A stretch of 61,297 nt of DNA, filler included, from Catajapyx aquilonaris (Eukaryota): NCBI GenBank assembly GCA_000934665.2. It is 2 parts of 2 records of this genome, joined end to end, with 100 filler letters (N's around TTAATTAATTAA, not from the genome) between each part and the next. Parts side by side here need not be neighbours in the genome. Positions count along the whole stretch, not along the records: positions 1 to 30,477 come from KZ539185.1; positions 30,578 to 61,297 come from JYFJ02004642.1. The stretch is one strand, 5' to 3'. A program made the translations under genes and the position numbers. Of this stretch, positions 24,346-38,238 are shown piece after piece (the first letter of the stretch is position 1; each line of letters opens with the position of its first letter). Under the pieces are notes generated by a model. The model was not told the origin of the DNA, ran no database searches, and saw only the letters and a program-made list of their open reading frames with translations.

Positions 24346-25019
24346 TATATTGGGCCAATATTGAAACTGCAACTTTTCTCTATATATGGCAATATTGGCA
24401 TACAATATATGGAAATATTGACGTACGATATATCTCAGGTAGCAAACCTTTATATTGGACCCACATGGGTTTGCTAACTGTGGATAGGGAAGTGGCTTTT
24501 TCGCTTTTTATTATTCGCTTCTTCGCATGGTTGGTTGGTTGGTTGGTTGGTGTCCGGAGGTTCCCGACTTGTATGGCTCTTCTTGTTGAAATGTTGAGCC
24601 TTCGCAGAAAAAAAAAAAAACGCCTTTCTATACCACGGATTGTCCTGCTCGCACCATAAGCATTGCCATTGAACGAGTCTAGCAAATTAATGTCACAATG
24701 AAGTACCTCGGGGGTAAATGAACCGCATGCAGTGGAGTTTCCTGCCACCTTTGCACACGTGTAATGGCCGAAATTAATTCGCATTGTTGTAGGATAAATC
24801 GGAGAAGACTTGCAACAATACACCAACAGGCAGCGTCATCTGGACGAGGGAAGCTGCCAATGTGGCGCCTATATATCCACTATATTGGCTAAATAGTGCC
24901 AATATTGCCAATGTGGCGCCGATAAAGCCAATACTGGCCCAATATAACTTGCTACTTGGGAAACTTATACCTGCTGCCAGGCAGCCTCACGTAGTCAGCA
25001 CTTGAGCACAGTATTATCA

Positions 25020-25214
25020 TTATTCACTAGTCGAATTTGTTTCACGTACCTGTCCTTGTCGCTGCTTCTGCATCAAATACTTTTTTAATAACCATATCTT
25101 TCCACTCCTCACGTCATTCCTTGGAAGCCCATCGTCATGATCGTCACTGCAGTCCGCCATTCTGAGATGGAGTGTTGTGTGTTTACTGCCGCCAATAACG
25201 CAACGCCTCGGCAA
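25020..25214 (-). mobile_element. Possible THAP-domain N-terminal remnant of a DNA transposon
   Basis: xPRRCVIGGS resembles the THAP start MPxxCxVxGC; the rest of the domain is not recognisable. Confidence 0.3.
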
Positions 25215-25993
25215 CGCCCAACTTTTTGGGGACTTTTAGATCGCTTCTAAAGAGCTAAACAAGTGTAGAATAGGATTTAAATAATCCCAAATGTAATAAA
25301 CTTTTAAAAATATTGTTATAATACGGTTATAATAATTGTCATGGCAGTGGAATGTGCGTGTCCGGCTTTCACGGAGAAGTTTTAAACCCTTTCGGTAATG
25401 TGCGCCTCCGATTGGCTAATACGAACTAGTTTGAACCACATCAACGGATTCCATTTGGCCAGCTTCGGTGGACAGGTACGGTACAACGTTGGTCAGAAAT
25501 TAATATGGAATTTATTGATTTGAATAAGTTATTGCAATTCGTTAAAAATGCAGTTGTCTTTGCTGTGACGTCATCATTTGAATGCCATGTGAGATGTGAC
25601 CATGGCGATGTCCCGATGTGACTGTGAAAGCAGACGGCGCAAGTAATTGTCGGGAAGATAAGAGGTACCCTTCCCTTACTGTGAATGTCGGTAATTCGGC
25701 GTATCGGCGAGCAATGTCAGCAATCCGTGTGACCTGTCTCATATGTGCATCATGCAAATGTGCCGTTTTTGCCAATTTTGTTTTACCGCTGTGAATAATG
25801 GAACCAAATTGCATGATCCCTACCATTATTTTGTTCACTGGAGGAACGTAGGTCTAAAATTCAGAGTTGCTAGTTGGTTACTCACTGTCAGTATTTATCT
25901 TGCCCTATTGTAATGAGACATCAGCAATTTGTGTGGGGGTGTTTTAATTCCAGAAAATCCATTTCTTTTTAATATGTTGATGTTATTGAGATA

Positions 25994-26571
25994 CGAGGGC
26001 GAATCAGACAGTAATTGAAGACGTTTTTAATTCAGATGTTTCACTAGAGAAACTGAAACTGAGATACATATATGAAAGGGCAAGTCTTCTTCTAATTTTA
26101 GACATCATACATTTTGGTGCACTTGTCCTAGCGGGACACTAGTTTTTCCATACCCCTTCAGGAAAAAGAGTCAGGCTAGGTGGGAGCCAGTGACGGATGC
26201 CCTCTTTCACTTCCTCGATGTCCCTGAATTGATGGCCCGCCAGGTCCTTCTTCATTGGTTCAAAGAGATGGTAGACCATGGTTTAAACCACATATTTTTA
26301 TGAAAAAAGAAGCACTATCTTCTCAAGACCTCAGCGATATCGACGAAGTGAAAGAGGCCATCCCTCACTGGCTTCCCACCCAGCCTGACGCGTTTTTATG
26401 CAGGGGCATTGAAAAACTAGTGTCCCGCTGGGACACGTGCACCAAAGTGTATGGTGACTATTTCTAAAGTTAGAGGAAGACTTGCTCTTTCATACGTATA
26501 TCTCAGTTTCAGTTTCTCCAGTAAAACCTTTGAATTAAAAAAGTCTTCAATTACTTTCTGATTCGCCCTCG
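25994..26571. mobile_element. Mariner-derived foldback MITE made of two inverted 3' ends
   Basis: TA|CGAGGGCGAATCAGA ... TCTGATTCGCCCTCG|TA; ~230-bp arms each encode the mariner C-terminus (GIEKLVSRWDTCTKVYGDYF). Confidence 0.9.
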
Positions 26572-26933
26572 TAGTTAAGCTACAGTGAAAACTAAAAATT
26601 TCCCATCAATTTTATAAGCCGCCCAGGAATCTCGACCGAAAGCCCAGTGTTTTCTCCGAGCTCCACAACGTGGTGTTTCATATTTAGGGCCGCTTTTTGT
26701 TTGGCACAGCAGATGTCTCTCTCAAAAGTGGGGGAAGGAGGAGAGGGAATGGGTCAGATTATTTCGAAAAACCGGCAACTATGCTCTGAACCCGAACATA
26801 AGCTGGGAGGGTTGCTGCCCTTGATGTTATCATCTATAATCCTCTGTGGCATGTGCCACAGCCTGTTGAGAAAGTCGAGTAGTCCATTTTATATAATCCT
26901 GAAGTGACGTCTCACCACCCCTCTACTGACTTA

Positions 26934-27058
26934 GGGCCGATTTCACCGAGCTCAGTATATGATAAAACCAGGGTATTTCTCAAAATCCCTATCTATTTGT
27001 ATGGATTTTCCTAAAGAAACCTGGTTTTATCATATACCAAGCTCGGTGAAACCGGCCC
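26934..27058. mobile_element. PIF/Harbinger-type MITE
   Basis: TTA|GGGCCGATTTCACCGAGCT ... AGCTCGGTGAAACCGGCCC|TTA. Confidence 0.85.
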
Positions 27059-27904
27059 TTAGTAAAATTATTGTAAATACAGCAAGTTACAGTTGTATGT
27101 AAAAGATGAACACTTCACTATTTCTTAGAAAACCATAATACAGTGTTTCATGTTTTTACAAGTTTTTGATGTGTTTTATTAGAGTTTTTTTTGCTCCTCG
27201 TATTATCCGACCATGTCCCAGTCCCTTGAATGATGGATAATCGTGGTTCTGGTGTGTGTGTATATTTGCATCTGTAAAATGGGACAGATTTGGGGTGGGA
27301 TAAATGCCTCTATTGACTTGCTCAAAACTTTTTTTGTTAATTTTTTATATGCCATCATGTTGGATTTATACTCATTTTTCTTCACCATGACGAGCAAAAA
27401 CGAGCATTTGCTAGGGTTCTGAAAAAACAAAAAAGGCTACTGTCTGCATGGTGTCTATTCAAGATAGGATGTTCTGGTTTTCACTACTTACTGAAAGTAG
27501 AGGTCTGGGCATTTCAGAATATGCAGGCCTACACTACATGTAGGGTAAAACTTTGGTAACTGTGACTTTATTAATGGTCTTACATATGGCCGCCGAAATG
27601 ATAAATTTTGCCATTTTCAAATGCCTGTAAAATCAAAAGGGCTTGAAACAACAGGATGGACTTTTTACATTCATGAACTCTGACTGGGAGGGGATCCAGC
27701 CATGGTAAAATACGTAAATTCGGGGTTGCAAGCCCTTCCGGCCAATTTTTAGGTCAGAAATGGGAGAAATTTCGAAATTTGCATTCTTCAAGGTCTAATA
27801 TCTCATAAAGTGGTATACTTTTAAAAATGCGAAATTTTGGCCACGGATACTCCTACTATTCCTTAGTAAAAAACACCGCGAATAAAACCATGCCCTTTTC
27901 TGCC

Positions 27905-28026
27905 GTCCCGCCGTGAAGAGTCCGATTCCCGTGGCCCATAAGAGCGAACGTGGCGTGCACCCTTTAACCTAGGAAGGATGGATGCAGGACCTGTACTCGA
28001 CTTTCGCCCTTACGGGCTACGGGAAT
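27905..28026. repeat. Small GC-rich inverted repeat / MITE
   Basis: gtcccgccgtgaag..ccgattcccgtggccc vs gggctacgggaatcgg..cttcacggcgggac. Confidence 0.6.
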
Positions 28027-28363
28027 CGGGGGCTTCACGGCGGGACCTGAATGCAACCCCATAAAAATTGGCTGGGACGCGATTTTTTAGTACAGTATCA
28101 GAAATATTACGTATTATCATATTGCCAAAATATGAGTGTAGGGAGAAGATGTGACATTCTTTTCAAATCCCGATGTACTATACCTAGGGACAGTAGGATT
28201 TGTTGGAATGAAATGCTCAAATTGTTGGAATGAAATGGTCAAATTGTTGGAATGAACAGATGAATTCTTGGTACAAAAGTATTTATTTGTATGAAAATCC
28301 AATATAAGGAAATGAATTACGTATTTCCTTGTTTTGGATTTTCATATGCAAGAGCAGAAAGTA

Positions 28364-28621
28364 TTATTTTTCTAAGTTAGTCAGAGTTAAATTTGTCCGC
28401 TTATCGGTCAGGACCATTGAAAATGTAGAAAAAAACCTTTCACAGTCCACATTGGATGTGGGGAACCAAACAGCTTTAAGGCTTTGAGCACAAAAATCAG
28501 GATGCTCTTCCTTCATTCCCAAAAGGGCATCCAACATAGGCACATCCCTGTACCAGACCACGTCTACAAGTTCTCTGAATCCAAGGACAGCGTCTTGAAA
28601 ACTAGGGACACTTTTCATCAA
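28364..28621 (-). mobile_element. hAT-like transposase C-terminal (dimerisation) remnant
   Basis: WFPTSNVDCERFFSTFSMVLTDKRTNLTLTNLE fits the hAT P.TS..CER.FS......R..L motif. Confidence 0.75.
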
Positions 28622-29532
28622 CGACTGAGAATCAATAAGTTCTTTTTTTAAAAAAAGTATGGGGGAAAATCCTCAAAATGTTGGAAAGACTAGAAAATGT
28701 CGGAATGAAGCCATTTATGTCCATATTGTCGATATCGACAATGCCGAATTTAGGCATAACTTCAGGTACCTACAGTCGACTCAAGAAGTCCGGCCACAAA
28801 AGAAGGCCTGGACAGAAGAGTGTGCCCACATTTTTTATACATAGGATTTTGGGCGTTTGGTGGGGGAAACAATGTCCCAGGACAGGCTAGTTCTTGCCCA
28901 TTGGTGGAGAGCAAAAGTGAAAGGTGATGAACACAAAGAGAAAAGAGAAGGGGGAGACGTGGTGGGGGGATGAACGTGGCCACGCCTTTTGTGACCGCAC
29001 TTCTTGAGCGGACTGTACGCGTGGAAGGTGGTGCTACCATGTGCTTGGGCTCGAGTGACAGTGGTCGCTCTGGAGACCTGGAGGCCGGGTAGCATAGTAG
29101 GTTTGTCGTACGACTCTATGGTCATAGGGTCGAGACACCTGACGGTTGGCTTGTTAAGTAGCCGTGGGCGTTTTTGGTGTGCCTGAAAGTTTGGCAAATA
29201 GCCAAGACCCGGTATCGGGGGGCCATAAGGAGGGGGTTTGGGGGTCAATGGACTGGCGCCGGAAGAAGGGTGGGGGTGGTTAACACAAAGTGCCACTCCT
29301 GCCTGGAAAAAGGGTCTGAAATGTCCTTGAACACCTGGACACCTGACCACCGTACCCGGCCGTCGACACTGGGATGATTGTCGTTAGCTGCTTGTGGGGG
29401 CTACGAGGGACTGCTGGAGTGATGTCATCTCTAGCGTCGTTAGCTGCTGTTCCACCGATGACGCCCGGGCGATATGTACCCGGGGGGTACAAATAGCCCG
29501 GGCGATTCTTACCGCACCTGAATAACTGAACC

Positions 29533-30455
29533 GTGAGTCAGGTTTCAGCCTTCGGGATCCCCTCTGGCACGGGTTCTCTACACCTGAACTCGGGAACTAA
29601 GGTAACAGTTACGAACACATGTACGTTTGACGCATTGGCAACAATAATTGCCAATGGCTACACTGAAGTCGAAGCATACCGATCATTTGTGGATGGATCT
29701 AGCAATCTTCTCCTCCAGACCGCAAAGATCATGGCTACATTGGGCGCCGTCAAACAAACATATACGCTGCGTGCAGAGGCTGTAGTTGCGATCAAAACTC
29801 CGGAGGCATTGCCGGCACCTACACTAGGAACCACAAAGAACGGGAGCAACACATGCCTGACGACGTACAACGCATGGGGAAACGCCACTACTATGTCCAA
29901 GGAGTTTCTCCAGGGCATTCCGAGCCTGCAAACAACACTGACGTGCCCCAACGCAGAATGCCAGCGTTATACTCGCCACGCCACAAGTACGTTGTTTTGG
30001 AAACAAATTCCAATGTAATGTGCAAGAAAGGCTTCGCATGCTTGGAAGAAGCATTAGCGAAGCCATTGAATTTGCCAAAGGCGTGTAAGATTATACCAGG
30101 ATCAGTGAAAGTGGCAAAGTGTATTCCACCTTGCTCTGCCTCTCCAGATCTAATAATTGAGGGATACCATCACCTGCTTATTGATCTAGATTATTTGGGA
30201 TCAAAAATGCCACTTTCAGGACATCTCACATTCAACCGAGTGCACAAGTTGTCTGAAATCCCTCTTTCATTGTACGTGGCAGGAAAAAATTACTCGTATG
30301 ATCTGCTGGGTGTAGTGGCACACCGCCCTAGTCACTACACGGCCTACACGCGCAGGAGAGCCAGCGAGACTTGGGATCACCATGATGGACTTTCAAGGAG
30401 AGTGATGTGTAATGTAAGTGAAACCCAAGAAGTCATGCCACACCTCCTTAGTTAA
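29533..30455 (+). pseudogene. Frameshifted USP-like cysteine-protease domain, probably transposon-borne
   Basis: Cys box NTCTFDAL, CxxxxC (CPNAEC), His box YDLLGVVAHRPSHYTAY..WDHHDGL; two ORFs joined by a frameshift near 29985; no introns; GC-richer than the flanks. Confidence 0.6.
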
Positions 30456-30477
30456 TAACCCATGTTAATAACCCACC

Positions 30478-30577
30478 NNNNNNNNNNNNNNNNNNNNNNN
30501 NNNNNNNNNNNNNNNNNNNNNTTAATTAATTAANNNNNNNNNNNNNNNNNNNNNNNNNNNNNNNNNNNNNNNNNNNN
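30478..30577. other. Scaffold gap: 100 nt of N with a central TTAATTAATTAA linker
   Basis: 44 N + TTAATTAATTAA (30522-30533) + 44 N; an artificial all-frame-stop spacer. Confidence 0.95.
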
Positions 30578-32539
30578 CTTTATTAGATATTTGAGTGTAG
30601 TATATGGAAGTGCGCGAAACTCAATTTGTGTCATTTGGTGGGTTAGGGCAGTATTGCACCGACCCCTTCAATTAACAATAGTCTTATTTTCATGTACAGG
30701 ATCATCCAGTTGAAATGTTTGCATTAGATTCCGATTTTTTTTTTGATTTTTTTTGGAACTGCGCCCCTAATTTTGAAACAGTTACTTTGAGAGAACATTA
30801 AATGTATTAGCTCTAATATTAGATATTAGACACGATAGACTCGTCATTATTAATTCTTGTGTGTTTCATCGCGGTTTTCTGATATCAAACACTGTGCGTC
30901 GGGCTGTTTGACTAATACTCCATGAGAATACTGCCGTTCGCGTCATGGCAAAATTGCGTAAGTTTTTCATCAGTTTAATACGGTACCTTTAATATACAAT
31001 AGTATTCTGCATATCTCTACGAAGATTGATGATGACTCCCAATAATAAAACAGAGGTTCCGGTTTAGTTTAATAGGTTCCATGTCAAGACAGATAAGTTG
31101 GTGGCTCAACCATCTCAGAATTTGATATAAAATTCAAGTGTCAATTTTGCCTGGGAACCCATCTGGCCGACAATATCTTTTGCGTATCTCAGGTGCTCGT
31201 GTATGATGACCTCAACACTGACCCAACACCGTACATGTACCGTAGAACTTCGGACGCGTTTTGGTAGTTGCTCAGCTGTCCCATTAAGACATTGATGGAA
31301 AATTCGGAATAAAATATAGACAGTATAGGAAATATCCTTTATTCACATAAAACTTGTTTTTTGATGCTAAATTAAATCATCTTTGCCGTCCGGAGCAGGG
31401 AGTATGGTCCGGAGTCACCACACTACCGTATGACTGTGTGGGGGTCTTCGAACGCCCCTTTATTTCACGTTGTAGGACATGTATTGAAGTTTTGAAAAAC
31501 TCACAGTGGTCACCTCCAAACAAAGGGTGTTGGTATGGTACCGGTACCTACTGTATATCCCACAAGGGGCATATGTTATACCGCAGATATGAACACTCTT
31601 GTATTGGTGTGTTCATTCCACATGACCCTCATTGATATACCGTAGGTTGATATTACTAAAAATACAACACCTTCTGGGAAGGACTCTGATCTTCGCCAAT
31701 TTGCAAACAACTGGGTCACCACAAGACATTCATCATCACCCTCTGGCCACCTAGGTGTCCAGATGTTGATGAATGTTGGTGAAAGAAAAATATTTCAGTT
31801 GTTTCTTTCGGCAACAATTTTTTTTGCTAATGAATTTGACCTGGAACTGTTTCTTGATGACCACTCAACATAGAGGAGTAGCCCTACACTGAATTTATTT
31901 TCCTACTCAAAAGATACTGCAGGTTTCCCTCCGTGTTTCTTTGCAATTATGTTTGTTTAGGACCATGTCCGAAATGGTGCTGCATGGGACCTAGTCCTTT
32001 TCTACTGATTTTGCTGCCCTGATGTAAAGAACTTTGCATTTCTCATTGGGCACAGCCCATTCAAGGTCCTCAGTCCTGTAGTGTTGGTGAGACCCCCTAA
32101 AACTCTGATGTACTTACTACCCATGTCCAAAGTCAAACCCCACAAAATTACAGAAATAATATACAAAATTTATTGAATTTATGACCCTGAATTTTTGTTT
32201 CAACCAATATTCTGGGACAAAAGAGAGGACTCATGACACTACAAAAATCAGCTGTGGTCCAGTTTACATCCGTGCATTAGGAGAGTGTGGGCACTAGTTA
32301 CTTTAACTCATATCCTAATGCATGTTATTTTTGAGTTGGGGAAAGAACGTGTGTATAGAAGTACTCCTCAATGTGCATCTGGCTTGCTCATGTTGTATTG
32401 TGCAGCTCTCGAACCCATTCTGTCTAACACCCTTGGCAAACAGCTTTTTTGGACTCCCAACAAGTCTCCACACTGGCCCAACCAAAGAAAAGTGTAAGCA
32501 TCTGATTTCATGCCAAGCGTCCGAAGTTACCCCATTCTT

Positions 32540-32770
32540 CTACAGTAATAACTTGGCCAGTTCTTTCACACTGACGGGTCGGTCTTGACGAATACGCTCA
32601 TCTGCGGCCGCTACAGTCTCGTCTGTGACAGCAGTGTGTGGGCGACCATGCGGGCGACCAGGTTGTGGGGTGTCCAGCACACTTGTCAAGCCTCTTGCAA
32701 ACTTCCGTGCCCATTCATACACTTGCTGTAGTGATATGCAGGCACTACCATACTGTGCCTTCATCCGATG
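32540..32770 (-). mobile_element. Mariner transposase N-terminal (HTH) fragment
   Basis: MKAQYGSACISLQQVYEWARKFARGLTSVLDTPQPGRP...IRQDRPVSVKELA. Confidence 0.85.
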
Positions 32771-34269
32771 GTGAATGTCTGCTCCACTGTTTCCCTTTTT
32801 TCACCACACTTCTCCCAGTATTACCTAGTTCGCGGCATAGGAGGGGAGGAGGCGGTTGCCAAAGTCCCCCATGCCAAATGACCATAAGCATTGAATGAAA
32901 ACATGCTAGTGTGTAGGGAAAGCAGGGTAAAGATTCCTTACTCCTGCACAATAAATTCCAATGCTGTTGTCATATTTGGAATAATTAACTGCAGAAATAA
33001 ACTCCTAACACCGTATATAGGCAGGTAGTGCGTTTCACAATGTGGTTTCAAGGGAATTTGCATTCCAGAAAAAAACAATGAAATTGGTTTGACAAACTTT
33101 TTAATTTGCCAAGTAGGACCATACATTCATTCAGGAGCCTTTACCACTGGCAGTGAGTCAACACAATCATCTCAAAACATAAGTGTCATGATGGTATTCC
33201 TATACCACCGTCCTCTGAAAGAAAACCACAATGACCGTACCATCACGTAGTGCATTACTTGTCTTGATACATTTGTCCATACCAGATCACACATTGCCTT
33301 TACAGTCCAACTTTTTTTTGTATGACAGTAGCATGGTGTATGATTAACCAGCTACTAAGACAGGAATACCACTGCAAATACAAATTCGATGGGAGAAAAA
33401 GCAGTTTTAATTTGTCACTTCTGCTGCACTTGACAGTACAACTAATTTTTTCCCACGTCTCACCTGACACACTGTTCCAGAAGGAATTTAAAAAAGAAAA
33501 CAGTTACAGGGGGTGGACGAAAAGAAATGTCTCTTGGCACACCTTACAAGTTATTTGTTGCATACAAACAGTGGTGGCCTAAATGATTGTCATGCTTTTT
33601 TTAAATTCTTACAGGCTGGCAGTCTTCCGCCCAGCACAGCAGGATAAATAGGGTACATTTGATGTAATCAGCATGTCATGTGAATGTTCCCTACCTGGCT
33701 AGATGGTACAGAATGTAAACCCAATGCATCAGAGAATTTAGGACAATGCACATTCTTGTAAGATATGTGATGAGATCACCGCACAAAATTAATGAATGAT
33801 CCCTTTCTTGGTAGCTGGGCTGCAATGCCACCAATGCCATGGTCACTCAAATTCTCCAATTATAACCCAGACAATAATATGACGTATTATGTATCAATTG
33901 TAGTGACTCAAGGTGAAACTTTTCAGCAAAGCTGCACCTTGAGCATCCCAAAAATGCAATTGGTGCCAATAAGGTATGACACTCTGCATGTATTATAATA
34001 TATTATTCCTATATTTATTACCTATAATGAGCACTATTCCTATATGAATTTATTCCTTATGCACAAAATAACAAGGCCGTAATTTGCATATGATTGTCCC
34101 TTGTCACATTACTAGTGACCATGAAAGCCAAGTAATAATTGGCTCAAAATAACTCTCTTATACTCAAAAAGAGCAAATAAGGATGAAAATCCTGTCCACC
34201 TTGTGTCTAACTACAATAATGAGACTTGGAAAACCAGACTACTGTCCTAACATCCCAACCCTGGAATAT

Positions 34270-37200
34270 TTAGAGGCGGTACCACTCCATAGACACTCGA
34301 TGAGCACTAGACTCGATGACATGGGCTATTTTTTCTGGAATTTGATGCCCCAGCCACATCATTTGCAACTGGTGATATCTGTCGTGGCTTAAGTGGAGTC
34401 GGTTTCCTCTCCTCAACCCTACATCAGTTTCACCATAGTCATCCAAGTATGGAGGCGACACAAAGCAACCTGCAAGGATAATATCCTACATTATGCATTG
34501 CATATATGCATTTTCTTTTTGTCTTGCATTGCTTAAAAAAAAAATCTCACTATCAAACAACATTATTTAAAAAATTACTATCTACAGGGTGTTTGTGAAT
34601 CGACCAGTCAGACCTGTACCCGTGGCTCAATTGACACCAGAGGATCATGTTATGTAGCGGAGTCATTATGTCTGGGCAGCCTCATTACCGAGATAATTGC
34701 CTTCAAACGACAAGTACAAAGTATCCTGGGAGGTATGGAAACCTTCAGTCTCGAAATCGCATCACCGGACAAAATAGCAGCCTTTCAATTTTTTTCAAGC
34801 GCAATCGCAATCTTTGCAATCTTTTTCAAGAGCAATCGCACTTGTCACTGCTATTTGACAATCACTCTTAGGCCCAATTGCTAAATCGCAAATGATCAAT
34901 TATCTCAGTAATAAGGCTGCCCAGACATAATGATCCTCTGGACATGATCCTCTGGTGACAATTAAGCGATGGGTACAGGTCTGACTGGTCGATTCACGAA
35001 CACCCGGTATAAGCAGCATTATTATCTTGATAGTGAATACTTATAATCTGACCATAGCATTCCCAATTATTTTAACAGCATGCTATTCTTTTCATAGTAA
35101 TAGAGTAAGTAATAACTAACCTTTTGTGCATCCAGCCATAACAAATGCTTCACAATCACGAATTCTCAAGAAAATTCCAACACCTGCACCGCAGTAGTAG
35201 GCATGATTGGTGCAAGCCCCTACCAGCTGACCTTCCAGTTGATACTGGCAGCAGAGGCTCTGAAAAAGTGAAACACATGCATTCAAGGATTAGGGATACA
35301 AAATATTCTAACACATCCCATACAGCCCATGGCCAGGGAGCATATACTACATAAGAGGCGCAAACTTCTGTCGGGCCATTGTTGTTCGCGTCTTTCTGTT
35401 TATAGGGTGTTGCCAAGGCCGGCGGCCATCTTGACGTGTGTGGGATACCAACGAGGTATAAATAGGGTACAGGCAAAAATAAGGTCCGCCATCTTTGATG
35501 GTTTTGGCTGCCATGGCAACTACACTGCAAGAACACGCGCGAATTTGAATTCGATATTGGAAAATTGGTAAGTAAATTGTTATTGCCGTGTATTTCCATG
35601 GCAGCCAAAACTATCAAAGATGGCGGACCCCCGCGGACCTTGACTGCCTGCCTGTACCCTATTTATACCTCGTTGACATACCACACACTTCAAGATGGCC
35701 GCCAGCCTTGGCAACGCGATAAACAGAGAGACGAAAAAAATCGAATGTTTGCGCCTCTTATGTAGTATATGCTCCCTGCCATGGCTTTTAAACCCTGCAT
35801 CCACACGGGAGGTGCAGATAATTATGTTGTGATGTGATGATGATAATGTCGTATGAATAACTTTCCACAATGGATGTCAAGTGCACATGTTAGAATGACC
35901 ATAACTCAAGCACATCTACCTCTCCAGTGTGACTGCACAATGTCATTCATTCTAGAACACTTCACCTGTGAGCACAGTATTTCTCCACAGACCAGGCACA
36001 TCGTAGGTGTACGCACGTCTTCCCCATGTCTATTGGGGCAAGTGAAGAGTGATACAGAGTTGATTAGCTCACTGTAGTCTGCTGGTAGTGTCACAAGCTG
36101 GTTAGGTACCACTGGGTGCCTCACAACACCAGCCCTTTCCTCTGTGCCCAACATACTGCTCACTCGGGGATGCTCAGCCCACCTTTCAGCCACTTGCCAC
36201 ATTGTCATACCAAACAGCTCCATGCACTCCGCTGGTAAACCTAGGTAGCGACACAGTCCATGAAAGGTGTCCCCGCCGATCTCCTGCAATTCCCTGGAGC
36301 CAGGGACATCCGTGAGGAAGTGAAAGAAGAGGGCACAACATCGAAGGAATGGAATAGTTGCCTCGGTTATTACTTTCCAAGCATTACATGGCTTCAGGTA
36401 ATCTGGAGTGGTTAATCCGGCTGCATCTCGGACCCTGTGCAGCAAGTCAACAACACATCTACTCTCCTCCTCTTCATTATCCATTTCACCACTGTCAAAA
36501 TTGGCTGTCAGCATAACCTGCACAATGTGGCTTGCGACTACTAGGTGTAGGACATACAGGTCTTGAACAGAACCGCAGGGGACAGGGGGTGGTGCGGAGA
36601 GTGAAAATAGGCTTGGAAGACACATCAGGAGTTGGATAAGCAATCCGAGAGGGTCCCAGTCCAATATGCAAGTATCTGGCTGATGGGGTCCACTGGGAAG
36701 TAACATGGTGAGGAGCTGCAGTGCGTGACTGGCCAACATACAAGGCTGCACTCTAGGAAGATGCACACCCTGAGCTTCCTGCCCAAGATGTCCTTCAATT
36801 CCTCCCAATGCTGGGGCTAACACTCCTGCACAACGAACAATACCCATGAGACAGTATTGCTCACGAGATGATAAATGGCTCAGGAGAGGTTTCCCTTCCT
36901 CACGGAGGAGCCACTCATTGGCATTCAGGGTGTAGCAGCATGATTGCCACACCATCAGAGGAACACATTCATCCTCCATATGTGGGTTAATACCCAGGCC
37001 GATCTTCATGTAATTATGAAAAGAAAGCCATCACGTTACTAACAGGTTCAATGTAACTGTCGGAAAACAATGCTACTGTTCATGCAGCCAGAAAATAGTA
37101 GTGTTGTCTCAGGCCTTTGTTAGTTCAATTGTTGTTGACATAACTGACAGCATGAACAAGTTTATCAGTGGCCATAAGTTTACTTACAGTGTAGGTAGCT

Positions 37201-38176
37201 TGCAAGTAGAGGTTGAGCATCTCAATGAGGCTGTTGGAAAGCACAGTCGGCTTTCTTGTGATGCTTATTGTGGCATCCTCATCCTGTTGACCATTTTCTG
37301 ACTCAGGTTGGGTTAGCTGCTTCTACATTAACAAGAAAGCAACAATGTCAACCTCTGCCCAAGTTTGACAACTGACATTCACAACTATCCGTGTACTGCA
37401 GTCAAGTCACTGAGAATGCCAAAATACATACAATGCAGAATGAAATGAAACACATAGCTGACCTTGTCCTTGAGGCTGATCAGCAGTCCATCCAACCAGT
37501 CTTCAAAGGAAAGGTATTCAGGAGGGACATCATTTGCCTCACTCAACAGTCCCAGGGGCGGCACAAGGGGCAAGACTGTATTACCTATACACCCACAGAG
37601 AGGGCACAGATATTCCTGCTTGTTGATGTCAAAGCTCAATGGCGTCTGCGATCTGTGTGCAACGGAAAGGAAGAATAAGGTACAAGCACTCGACCCCTGT
37701 CACCCCCAACTCCAGATAAATAAAATAATTTGATATAGGGTATTCATTGGTAATAATCTAAGAAACCTTTTGATGAAGTATAATTGGGCTTGGTCTAGTT
37801 TATTGCAGTAGGTTAGTCTGCAAACATGTGCATTACACTAGTGGGGCTATTTTTGTATCAAAAATTTTCATTGCGACAGAGAGATTTCTGGCCCCCAATC
37901 TTTGAAGGATAGTCTGGGCTGCATTTTACACTGCCTTCGCTTTTGACAATACTCTTGCCATGTTCCTCAGGAACCTCGTAGAAGGTGATAGAATAATCCC
38001 CAGATATTTATACTCACTGTCAGTGACAAACTCAATTCGCTTTCCTTCCATTAGTATTCTATTATTCCTCACTGCGATTCCCCCTCTTTGGAATACCACA
38101 ATTGCGTCTTGGCTAGGTTAACTTTCATTTTCTTTCATTTGAAATAATCTGTTAACAAGTTCACTGCCTGTTGTAA

Positions 38177-38238
<62 letters not shown>

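Noticed and set aside
30522..30533. TTAATTAATTAA island within Ns
   Set aside because: Centred in an exact 100-nt gap; an artificial scaffolding linker, not biology. Adjacency across it is unproven.
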